Source: an uncultured Bacilli bacterium
GTDB lineage: Bacteria; Bacillota_I; Bacilli_A; RF39; UBA660
NCBI GenBank assembly: GCA_910588025.1
Contig: CAJUQG010000004.1
Location: forward strand, 3,086 to 67,085
Direction: 5' to 3'
DNA: 64,000 bases
Positions 31,129-39,327 of this stretch are shown piece by piece (position 1 is the stretch's first letter; the number at the start of each line of letters is the position of its first letter). The position numbers and the translations under genes were made by a program. The notes beneath the pieces were generated by a model. It was not told where the DNA came from. It did no database searches and saw only the letters and a program-made list of their open reading frames with translations.

Positions 31129-31187
31129 GACAAAATAAGTCAAAATAAATCCTTGATAGATAATAGAAATATCTTTATAGTATAACG

Positions 31188-31314
31188 TGCCAAGTGATTA
31201 CTTGGTCATCCTTACGACTCTACACTTATTTATAATTGAAACTCATCCAAAAAACACAAATCTTCACAAAACTTAGTAAGGATGTTTTAAGATAGCATAA
31301 TGCTATCTTTTTTT
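31188..31314 (+). ncRNA. candidate small RNA with its own promoter and terminator and no ORF
   Basis: A promoter TTGATA(31153-31158)-17nt-TATAGT(31176-31181) precedes it. An internal palindrome CCAAGT-gatt-ACTTGG is present. A terminator GATAGCA-taa-TGCTATC plus T7 lies at 31291-31314. No ORF longer than 3 codons is found. Confidence 0.3.
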
Positions 31315-31332
31315 ACATATAATGTTTAGTAC

Positions 31333-31361
31333 TTGACAATACATAGTAGTTGTACTATGAT
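31333..31361 (+). promoter_or_regulatory. padR promoter with a perfect operator-like inverted repeat
   Basis: TTGACA is separated by 17 nt from TATGAT. The inverted repeat CATAGTA-gttg-TACTATG (31342-31359) lies between the -35 and -10 elements. Confidence 0.55.
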
Positions 31362-31382
31362 CATTTTAGAAAGGGGCGGGAT

Positions 31383-31703
31383 ATGAATACCCAATTTAAA
31401 AAAGGCGTTTTAGAATTATTAGTCCTTGTCATTGTAGAAAAACAAGACCGGTATGGGTATGAACTTGTGGAAGCAGTAAGTAACATTGTTGATGTCAATG
31501 AAGGTACGATTTATCCAATTTTAAAACGTCTAACCAATGAAGGATATTTTGAAACATATTTAGAAGAATCCAAAGAAGGTCCAGTAAGAAAATACTATCA
31601 TATAACCGTCGGTGGAAAAGAACATGAAAAAAAACTATTAAAAGAATGGCTGACATTTTCAAATAGTGTAAATGATTTTATTAAAAGGAGTGAAGAAAAG
31701 TGA
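31383..31703 (+). CDS. PadR family transcriptional regulator
   Basis: KGVLELLVLVIVEKQDRYGYELVE ... GTIYPILKRLTNEGY matches the PadR winged-helix domain. A GAAAGGGGCGGGAT RBS lies upstream. Confidence 0.8.
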   Translation: MNTQFKKGVLELLVLVIVEKQDRYGYELVEAVSNIVDVNEGTIYPILKRLTNEGYFETYLEESKEGPVRKYYHITVGGKEHEKKLLKEWLTFSNSVNDFIKRSEEK

Positions 31704-33169
31704 CCAAAGAAGAATTTGCCAAAAAATTGCGCGAGCGATTAGATTTATTAGAAGAAAAAGAAATTGATGATATCATCGAAGAATATTTAGGTTACATCGA
31801 AGAAAAAATCGGAAATGGTGCAACTGAAGAAGAAGCGATTAAAGATTTTGGAGATATTGATGAATTAGCGCGTGAATTATTAAAAGCCTATAAAATTAAT
31901 GTCAAACATCAACCCAAAGAAAAAAATATTTTAAGTACAATTGCTGATACGTTTATTTTATGGATGGATCGTTTTGTAAAAGTATTTTCAAACAAAAGTA
32001 GTAGTGAAGTGTTAAAGCTAATCATTGAAATGGGCATCATTTTATTAATAATATCACTTTGTAAAATACCATTTTATATCTTGGAAGAAATAGGTTATGA
32101 TATGTTTAACATTTTTCAAAGTCAATTTGCTAGAGGACTATTTAAAATATGGAAATTTTTATTAGAATTAATTTATTTAGTTTCGGCTGTCGTTCTATTT
32201 GCCAAAATATTTGAAAAACGATATCTAAATCATGAAGTAGAAAAAACATTACCATTGCCTAAAAAAAGAAAAGAAACCATCGAAAAAGAAACAAAGATAG
32301 AGAAAGTAATTACTGAGAAAACTCCCAAAAATGGACTGATTGATTTATTATCTTCTTTATGTATATGGTTTATCAAATTTATTGCTTTTTGGATTTTATT
32401 TGGAATTGGTTGCTATATACTTGGTTTAGCAATTTGTGTAGGAATATGTGTTTATTTTTTAATACGTGGTGTAGTTTTCTATGGAATCTATCTTGCCATT
32501 TTCATGCTACTAGTTTTAGGAATTCTTGCCTTTATTGTTTTATTTAACTTTATTGCAAATAAAAAAAATAATTTAAATTTTCTATTAATTGCCTTTTTAT
32601 CTAGCTTTATTATCTTAGGAATTAGCTTTAGTGCTGCTTCTTTAGAAATAACAGAATTTGAGTGGATAAATGAAACACCAGACTCATATCAAAAAGAAAC
32701 TATAACCGAACTAATTCCTATGAAAGATGATTATTACATTGATCATTTTGTAAATTTTGTAGTCGATGAATCGTTAGAAAAAGAAATAAAATTTGAATAT
32801 ATTTATTTTCCAGAACATTATAAAATAAAACCAAATATTAAAATAAGTAATAATAGTATTTATGTTAATTATAGTTTTATGAATCATAGCTGGAATGTTA
32901 GAATTTTAGAAGATATCATTGACAATTTAAAAAATCATAAATTATATAATTATGATTTATCTCCTCGAATTACAGTTTATACAAGTAGTGCTAACATAGA
33001 GCGTTTAAAAGAAAATCGCCGTCTATCATATGATCAAAAAAAATATCAAAACAATCGTTATCGCTTCTGTCAGGAAATTATCTATGAGGAAGAAAAAGAT
33101 TCTGAACTTTATCACTACTGCCATAAATTCTTAGAATTACCAGAAGAAGCATTAGAAGATCTAGATTAG
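31700..33169 (+). CDS. DUF1700-type membrane protein, PadR-associated putative sensor/anchor
   Basis: The N-terminus MTKEEFAKKLRERLDLLEEKEIDDIIEEYLGYIEE...EEEAIKDFGDIDELAREL matches DUF1700. Multiple TM helices are present, and the gene overlaps padR by 4 nt. A terminator AGATCTA-gat-TAGATCT plus T7 lies at the stop. Confidence 0.65.
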   Translation: MTKEEFAKKLRERLDLLEEKEIDDIIEEYLGYIEEKIGNGATEEEAIKDFGDIDELARELLKAYKINVKHQPKEKNILSTIADTFILWMDRFVKVFSNKSSSEVLKLIIEMGIILLIISLCKIPFYILEEIGYDMFNIFQSQFARGLFKIWKFLLELIYLVSAVVLFAKIFEKRYLNHEVEKTLPLPKKRKETIEKETKIEKVITEKTPKNGLIDLLSSLCIWFIKFIAFWILFGIGCYILGLAICVGICVYFLIRGVVFYGIYLAIFMLLVLGILAFIVLFNFIANKKNNLNFLLIAFLSSFIILGISFSAASLEITEFEWINETPDSYQKETITELIPMKDDYYIDHFVNFVVDESLEKEIKFEYIYFPEHYKIKPNIKISNNSIYVNYSFMNHSWNVRILEDIIDNLKNHKLYNYDLSPRITVYTSSANIERLKENRRLSYDQKKYQNNRYRFCQEIIYEEEKDSELYHYCHKFLELPEEALEDLD

Positions 33170-33230
33170 ATCTTTTTTTGTGACGATATAATTGCAGATT
33201 TGTGGTAAAATAAAATAGAGGGTAAAAAAT

Positions 33231-34160
33231 ATGGATGAAAAAATTAGTATGATAGAACGATATGGTGAGGTTTTAACAAGCAAAACATATCTCACCGATC
33301 CTGCAATCGCAAGAGAAGAAGAAATCAAACAATGTATTTTAACACTGTTAACACCAGAAAAAAGTGCGTTATTAGTTGGTAAACCTGGTATAGGTAAAAC
33401 CGCTATTGTAGAAGGTCTTGCGTATCGGATTCAAAATGACTTAGTTCCCGTTGCCCTAAAAGGATGGGAAATTGTCAAAATCAATATTACAAGTTTACTT
33501 GGTACAACCATCAGTGAAGGACAAAAAGAAAACCGTATTGACTTATTAGTAAAAGAATTAAATACGAAAGAAAAAACGATTCTATTCATTGATGAAACTC
33601 ATGTATTAGTCAATAAAAACACAAGTGAAAATGGGGGAATTGATTTTGCCAATATGTTAAAAGCTGGCTTAGACCGTGGAACTATTAAAATGATTGGTGC
33701 TACCACGACAGAAGAATATGAAACATATATTTTACGAGACCGTGCCTTCTTAAGAAGATTTCAAAAAATTGATGTCTTAGAAAGTAATAAAGAAAATACC
33801 GTAAAAATATTAATGGGTACTACCCCTAAACTTGAAAAGCAAATTGGCGTAAAACTTGATTATACAGATTTTATTAAAGAAAAAATTATGGCTTTTATAG
33901 TAGAAATGACAGATGAATATAAAAGAGTATATGAAGTTGCTAGTAGATACCCTGATATTTGTTTAACAATTCTTGCTAACGCTTTTACTTATGCTGTTTA
34001 TGAAAACTCAGAAGTTTGTAAAATAAAACACATTTATAAGGCTATATGTAATGCTAGAAATGTTTATGAAGATGTAAAGAAAAAAGAAATAGAACGCTTT
34101 AAAATTGAATTTGCTGATTTAATTGTTGAAGAAAATGTAAATTTAGAAGAAATAGAATAG
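33231..34160 (+). CDS. stand-alone ClpA/ClpB-type AAA+ D1 domain protein
   Basis: [31 protein letters not shown]...[20 protein letters not shown]...[11 protein letters not shown]...[28 protein letters not shown] is collinear with the ClpB D1 large and small subdomains. The protein is only 309 aa, with no N-domain, middle domain or D2. Confidence 0.7.
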   Translation: MDEKISMIERYGEVLTSKTYLTDPAIAREEEIKQCILTLLTPEKSALLVGKPGIGKTAIVEGLAYRIQNDLVPVALKGWEIVKINITSLLGTTISEGQKENRIDLLVKELNTKEKTILFIDETHVLVNKNTSENGGIDFANMLKAGLDRGTIKMIGATTTEEYETYILRDRAFLRRFQKIDVLESNKENTVKILMGTTPKLEKQIGVKLDYTDFIKEKIMAFIVEMTDEYKRVYEVASRYPDICLTILANAFTYAVYENSEVCKIKHIYKAICNARNVYEDVKKKEIERFKIEFADLIVEENVNLEEIE

Positions 34161-34173
34161 AGAGAGGTTTTTT

Positions 34174-35259
34174 ATGGAAAGAAAAATTAAATTATTTCAA
34201 ATAGGCTGTGGAAAGATGAGCAAATTTATTTTGCGTTATGCCATCGAGAAAAATTGTGAAATAGTGGGAGCTGTCGATTGTAATCCAAAAATGATTGGTA
34301 AAAATTTAAATGCAATCGAAGAAAATATCAATACAAAAATTACTATTGAAGATAATGATAACTTAGAAGAATTGTTATTACAAAGTAAACCTGATATTGC
34401 TATTATAACTACCATGAGTACTTTAAATGATATTGCAAATACATTACGAATTTGTGCTAAATGTGGAATCAATACCATAACAACCTGTGAAGAAGCTTTT
34501 TTTAGTGAAAATTCAAATCCAACTCTTCATGAAGAAATTAACCGATTAGCAAAAGCTACCAATTGTACGATTACTGGTGCTGGCTATCAAGATATTTTTT
34601 GGGGAAGCTTAATTTCTTCGATTGCTGCTTCTACTCATAAAATTACAAAAATCAAAGGAAGTTCCAGTTATAATGTGGAAGACTATGGGATTGCTCTTGC
34701 CGATGCTCATGGTGCTGGATTCACAAAAGAAAAATTTGAAAAAGAAATTGCTTCATTAGATAACATTTCTTCCAAAGAACGTGAACAGTTAATTCAAAAA
34801 CGAGAATTTATGGCTAGTTATATGTGGAATGTAGTAGGATGGCTTGCCGACAAATTAGGATTAACAATTATTGATATGGACCAAAAATGTCTTCCTATTC
34901 TGGCAACCGATGATTTGGAATCTAATACACTAAATATGACAGTTCCTAAAGGTATGGTAAGAGGAATGAGTGCAGTTGTACTTGCTCACACCAAAGAAAA
35001 TATTGAAATTGAAGCAGAGTGTATCGGAAAAATTTATACTGATGAAGAATGTGATAAAAATGAATGGACCATTTTGGGGGAACCAGATACGACAATTGTA
35101 GTAAATCGTCCAGCAACTTCTGAGCTAACTTGTGCTGATATTGTAAACCGTATTCCAGATGTCATAAATGCACCAAGTGGTTTTATTCCCACTAGTCGTT
35201 TCAAAGAACCAGAATACCGCTCTCAAAATTTAAATGATTATGTCGAAAAAGAACAATAA
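34174..35259 (+). CDS. DapB-like NAD(P)-binding oxidoreductase, possibly the amine/2,4-diaminopentanoate dehydrogenase family
   Basis: An N-terminal Rossmann motif LFQIGCGKMSKFIL is present. The length is 361 aa and the DapB-like N/C-domain order is conserved. The specific substrate cannot be determined. Confidence 0.45.
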   Translation: MERKIKLFQIGCGKMSKFILRYAIEKNCEIVGAVDCNPKMIGKNLNAIEENINTKITIEDNDNLEELLLQSKPDIAIITTMSTLNDIANTLRICAKCGINTITTCEEAFFSENSNPTLHEEINRLAKATNCTITGAGYQDIFWGSLISSIAASTHKITKIKGSSSYNVEDYGIALADAHGAGFTKEKFEKEIASLDNISSKEREQLIQKREFMASYMWNVVGWLADKLGLTIIDMDQKCLPILATDDLESNTLNMTVPKGMVRGMSAVVLAHTKENIEIEAECIGKIYTDEECDKNEWTILGEPDTTIVVNRPATSELTCADIVNRIPDVINAPSGFIPTSRFKEPEYRSQNLNDYVEKEQ

Positions 35260-35313
35260 ATTCGTTGTTCTTTTTTGTTATTTGCTTTACAATATAATAG
35301 TAAGGTGAGTAGA

Positions 35314-36720
35314 ATGAATAATAAAAAGAAAATAATATTGTTATTTCTACCGATTATTGTTATCGTGTGTCTTTCTTTGTTGTTTCGTGAAGACTTTCAT
35401 CTAAAATATTTCAAAAATCAATTAGAAATTGAAGTAGGAACTCCATTTTTATTAAAAGATTTTGAAGTATGTTATGGCAATTATTTTCGTTGCCAGCAAG
35501 CAACATTCAAGATGATAAGTGAAGAAATAGATACGACAAAATTAGGAAGTTATCAAGTGAAATATAAATTATCATATGAGAATCAAGAAAAAGAAATTAG
35601 TCAAGAAATTGACATTGTAGATCATACGCCACCTCTTTTGGAGATCAATTCAGATGACTTAATGATTTGTCAAAATGGTAAAATTTTAAATGTTGAAACG
35701 AAAGCGACAGATAATTTAGATGGCGATATTACAAATCAAATCTCTTATCATGTGGAACAAAATGAAATCGTGTTTGAAGTTTTAGATAGAGCAGGAAATA
35801 AAACCGAGAAACGAATATTGGCAAAACCAGATAATGTCTTTCCCGAAATAAAGTTAAAAGGCGAAAAATTTATTAATATCAAACAAAATACTGAATATCA
35901 AGAACTAGGAGCTACCGCGATAGATAATTGCGACGGAGATCTTACAGAAAATATTATCATCACGGGGGAAGTTAATACAAAAGTGCTAGGAGAGTACCAC
36001 ATCACTTATCAAGTGCAAGATAGTAACGGTAATAATAGCAAAACAGAACGAATTATTAATGTTCAAGAAGAAAATAAATATGTTGGGCCAACTGGCAAAA
36101 ACATTTACTTAACTTTTGATGATGGACCAGGACCCTATACTGGAGATTTGCTAGATATTTTACAAAAATACCATGTAAAAGCCACTTTTTTTGTTACCAA
36201 TCAAGGATTAACAAAAGGTTATGACCATTTTATCAAAAGAGCATATGAAGAAGGACATACCATCGGCTTACATACTTCTAATCATGATTACAAAACAATT
36301 TATCAAAGTGAAGAAGCCTATTTTAAAGATTTATTCGAGATTCAAAAGAAAGTAAAAGACATCACAGGATATGAATCAAAAATAATACGTTTTCCAGGAG
36401 GAAGTTCTAATACAATTAGTAAATTTAATCCAGGAATTATGTCACGTTTAGCCAAAGAAGTAGAACAAAAAGGATTTCGTTACTTTGATTGGAATTTGGA
36501 TAGTGATGATGCAGGAAGAGCTAAAAATATGTCTATGGTATCTGCAAATGTAATAAAAGGGCTTGGCAGTGGAACTCATTATGTCGTTTTACAACATGAT
36601 ATAAAAAAATATAGTGTCGAAGCGGTAGAAGCAATAATACAATACGGACTATCCCATGGCTTTCAATTTCGCGCTTTAACAATGGATTCTCCAAGTACTC
36701 ATCATCGTATTAACAATTAA
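35314..36720 (+). CDS. polysaccharide deacetylase (NodB homology domain) with N-terminal Ig-like (DUF5011-type) repeats
   Basis: The NodB motifs IYLTFDDGPGPYT and HTSNHD are present, with an N-terminal TM helix. Repeated HTPP...DNxDGD and NCDGDLTENI segments occur. A TAAGGTGAG RBS and a TATAAT lie upstream. Confidence 0.75.
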   Translation: MNNKKKIILLFLPIIVIVCLSLLFREDFHLKYFKNQLEIEVGTPFLLKDFEVCYGNYFRCQQATFKMISEEIDTTKLGSYQVKYKLSYENQEKEISQEIDIVDHTPPLLEINSDDLMICQNGKILNVETKATDNLDGDITNQISYHVEQNEIVFEVLDRAGNKTEKRILAKPDNVFPEIKLKGEKFINIKQNTEYQELGATAIDNCDGDLTENIIITGEVNTKVLGEYHITYQVQDSNGNNSKTERIINVQEENKYVGPTGKNIYLTFDDGPGPYTGDLLDILQKYHVKATFFVTNQGLTKGYDHFIKRAYEEGHTIGLHTSNHDYKTIYQSEEAYFKDLFEIQKKVKDITGYESKIIRFPGGSSNTISKFNPGIMSRLAKEVEQKGFRYFDWNLDSDDAGRAKNMSMVSANVIKGLGSGTHYVVLQHDIKKYSVEAVEAIIQYGLSHGFQFRALTMDSPSTHHRINN

Positions 36721-36748
36721 AAAAAATCTCTGTGTTGTGAGACTTTTT

Positions 36749-36952
36749 TTATTTATTAATAGCTTTTAAAATTAGAATAAGGGAAACCGCAAGCAAAATA
36801 GCACCAACAAAAAGATAAATTGTAGCTTCACTAAAATATTGGGCCAAGAAAGAATAAATAACATCCCAAGTATCTCCTAAAAGTTCTTTTACAGTATTCA
36901 CAAGATCTTGAAATATGGAATGAAGTTCGTTGCCAAAAAATGTAAGGAACAT
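36749..36952 (-). CDS. small membrane protein (hypothetical)
   Basis: The 67-aa protein has a C-terminal TM helix and is convergent with the deacetylase gene. A weak RBS GGAAGTGGTGA is present. Confidence 0.3.
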   Translation of the reverse strand: MFLTFFGNELHSIFQDLVNTVKELLGDTWDVIYSFLAQYFSEATIYLFVGAILLAVSLILILKAINK

Positions 36953-37029
36953 TTCACCACTTCCCTTTCAAAATAATTATAAGATACTCTTGCAATTTAA
37001 TCAATTATTTGTTAAGATAACCATGTTAT

Positions 37030-37106
37030 GGCGGAATTGGTGAAGTGGTTAACACGGCAGATTGTGGCTCTGTTATGCGTGGGTTCGATTCCCACATTTC
37101 GCCCCA
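37030..37106 (+). tRNA. tRNA-His (anticodon GTG) with genomically encoded G-1
   Basis: An extra 5' G precedes the acceptor stem GCGGAAT/ATTTCGC. The anticodon stem GCAGA/TCTGT encloses loop TTGTGGC, giving GTG. The T-arm is GTGGG-TTCGATT-CCCAC, with discriminator C and an encoded CCA. Confidence 0.85.
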
Positions 37107-37354
37107 TATTGAATTTTACACACATCTTTGTGTGAAAGCTAAAGTAAAAGTTCGTGATATTTGATATTATGAACTTTTTTTTCCTTACCAGAGGTAATAA
37201 ATTGAAAAAACATTCCATTATTTTATAAACAGAATATAAAAAAACAAAATAGATAAGAGTCTACAAAAAAGTATTTTAATGATTTATATTCTGTTCCTGT
37301 ATATATTTTTTCTAATGAAGGAATAAAGCATAAAAAAATAGAAAGGAACAATTT

Positions 37355-37453
37355 ATGGAAGAAACTAGATTATCTCAAATTAATGATACTGAATTAACTG
37401 ATGAGCAAATTGACAATATTGTTTATTCAGATATAGAAGATGATGGATTATGA
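37355..37453 (+). CDS. acidic 32-aa small ORF (hypothetical)
   Basis: The translation is MEETRLSQINDTELTDEQIDNIVYSDIEDDGL. An RBS AGAAAGGAAC lies 7 nt upstream, and the ORF sits between tRNA-His and the AIPR-like gene. Confidence 0.25.
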   Translation: MEETRLSQINDTELTDEQIDNIVYSDIEDDGL

Positions 37454-37603
37454 ATAATAAGGTAAACTTTTAACTAGAGTTGCCTTTTTTGTTACTCTTT
37501 TATAAGATATAAAATAAAAAGAAAATTTTACCAATTGTGATAGTAATTTTAGTTTAAAACTTTAAAATATATTGTATAATATTCGTATTTGTAGGTGATT
37601 ATT

Positions 37604-39289
37604 ATGAAAAAATTTATTCGTCATCAAAACAATATGATTTTTGTAAGTGATGATAATTTTAAAACGTTTGATACATTACATAAAGAATCAATAGATGCAA
37701 TAGAAGAAACAAATCATGATACTATAACACAAGTAAAACTACGTTATATGTTATCAGAGAAAAAAGCAAATATTATAATAAAAGAGTTAAAAGCTATTCG
37801 TAAACAATTTAAATTAGAAAAAAAAGACGGTTATGGTTCCTCTTTTGAAATCTTTGCTATTTCTGTATTATATAATTTAGATTATCAAGAAACCTATGAT
37901 AATTTTATTGTAACAGGTAATAATGATGGAAAAGTTGATGCCATTTATTGGTATGGAAAAGAATGTATTTTATATCAAATTAAACTTGGAACATGTGATG
38001 TTGAAATTAAAAATATAATTAATAAAAATCATTTAGAATTCTTAAGAGATAATACGATCACAGAAAAAAATACTTCTGATTTATTAAAATTTTATCAAAA
38101 TCATTCAAATGAAATAAAAGAAAAAAACTTTAAAATCAAAACAATATCTCAAAATTTAAAGAATAAAGCCAATATATCTCCACTTGAAATTATGGAAAAA
38201 TACTTTGAAAATAAGATTATTAATCAAAAAAATCACCTAGTTTTAAAACTAAGTATTCCTAAAAAAACAAGATCAGATGATGTTACTACCTTCTTGATAG
38301 CACAAAGTAAGAATGAAGTTTATGCTTATTTTATATCTGCTGAAAAATTAAAAAAAGAATTATTAAATTGTAGTGGTATCAAAAATATTGAAAATCTTCA
38401 CAAGTTTTTCTCAGAAAATGTTCGTGGCGATTTAGGACCCAATAAAAATATGATTCATACCATAAAAGCTAATCCCAAAAACTTTGTAAAATATAACAAT
38501 GGTATAACAATTATGGGAAATGTCGAATACAAGGAAGAGATAGGCTTATTAACTATCACGAATCCTATTATTAATAATGGTCAACAAACACTTTGGAATT
38601 TATTAACCCAAGAAACCGTAAAAGATGTTGAAGTTCTTGTAATAGTCAAAAATGATTCAAAGCCTTCCGTGAAAGATAAAATAGCTCGTTTTACAAATGA
38701 ACAACGACAAATAAAACCTGTTGATCTATACTCATTAGATGAAAATTTAAGAAAGATTCAGATTGATTTATACCAAGATAAAGAATTTCGAGAAGAAATG
38801 TTTTTAAATATTAATAAAAGTGGAAAAAAGCAATATGACATGTTAATGAAACAAATCTACTCCTCAGAATCCATAATTCAAGTAGATGAGTTTTGTCGAT
38901 TATATTTTTCTACATCAGATAATCAAATAGGAAAGTGGAAGAATAATATTTCCAGCATGATTGAAAATCAGTTAGATGAAAGTCCATCTTTTGATTTTGC
39001 AAAAGCCAAAAAAATCTGCCAAATTATAAAAACTTTTAAAGTAGAATTAAAGCAACTGAGTAAAGAAGAAAAGAATGATTTAAAAGCCGCTGACTTAGCA
39101 ACAATGTATATTATGTATACAGCTAAAAAAACGTTTCAGGAAGCTTTTGAAATAATTAAAAAGATTAATCTGGCTAATTTTTATGAAGTACCTATTTCTC
39201 AAAGAAAAAGTAAATTAATAGACCTATATAAAGTGGATAGTATTTTTTATTTAATTCAAAATGAAATAAAAACGGCTGTAACAAATTAA
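37604..39289 (+). CDS. AIPR-like abortive-infection-type protein with an N-terminal PD-(D/E)xK-like nuclease motif
   Basis: The N-terminal region ...SSFEIFAISVLYNLDY...GNNDGKVDAIYWYGKECILYQIKLG matches the D...(D/E)xK pattern of Mrr/AIPR-type domains. The protein is 562 aa and lies in an AT-rich region after a tRNA. A GTAGGTGA RBS and an extended -10 TGTATAAT are present. Confidence 0.4.
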   Translation: MKKFIRHQNNMIFVSDDNFKTFDTLHKESIDAIEETNHDTITQVKLRYMLSEKKANIIIKELKAIRKQFKLEKKDGYGSSFEIFAISVLYNLDYQETYDNFIVTGNNDGKVDAIYWYGKECILYQIKLGTCDVEIKNIINKNHLEFLRDNTITEKNTSDLLKFYQNHSNEIKEKNFKIKTISQNLKNKANISPLEIMEKYFENKIINQKNHLVLKLSIPKKTRSDDVTTFLIAQSKNEVYAYFISAEKLKKELLNCSGIKNIENLHKFFSENVRGDLGPNKNMIHTIKANPKNFVKYNNGITIMGNVEYKEEIGLLTITNPIINNGQQTLWNLLTQETVKDVEVLVIVKNDSKPSVKDKIARFTNEQRQIKPVDLYSLDENLRKIQIDLYQDKEFREEMFLNINKSGKKQYDMLMKQIYSSESIIQVDEFCRLYFSTSDNQIGKWKNNISSMIENQLDESPSFDFAKAKKICQIIKTFKVELKQLSKEEKNDLKAADLATMYIMYTAKKTFQEAFEIIKKINLANFYEVPISQRKSKLIDLYKVDSIFYLIQNEIKTAVTN

Positions 39290-39304
39290 CCTTAATGTTA
39301 CAGC
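39274..39304. terminator. bidirectional terminator between convergent genes
   Basis: A 9-10-bp stem GCTGTAACA/TGTTACAGC spans the stop codon and is followed by TATTTTTAAAATTT. Confidence 0.55.
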
Positions 39305-39327
39305 TATTTTTAAAATTTAAATTAAAA

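Noticed and set aside
30654-31133. A 159-aa minus-strand ORF, plus others at 29535-29792
   Set aside because: They are antisense to the well-supported MacB-like ABC gene, with no independent signals.
37117-37137. Hairpin CACACA-tcttt-TGTGTG just after tRNA-His
   Set aside because: No T-tract follows it, so it is not a convincing intrinsic terminator. It may be incidental.
37012-37218. A 68-aa minus-strand ORF in the six-frame track
   Set aside because: It overlaps tRNA-His (37030-37106) on the opposite strand and has no RBS, so it is an artefact of the tRNA sequence.
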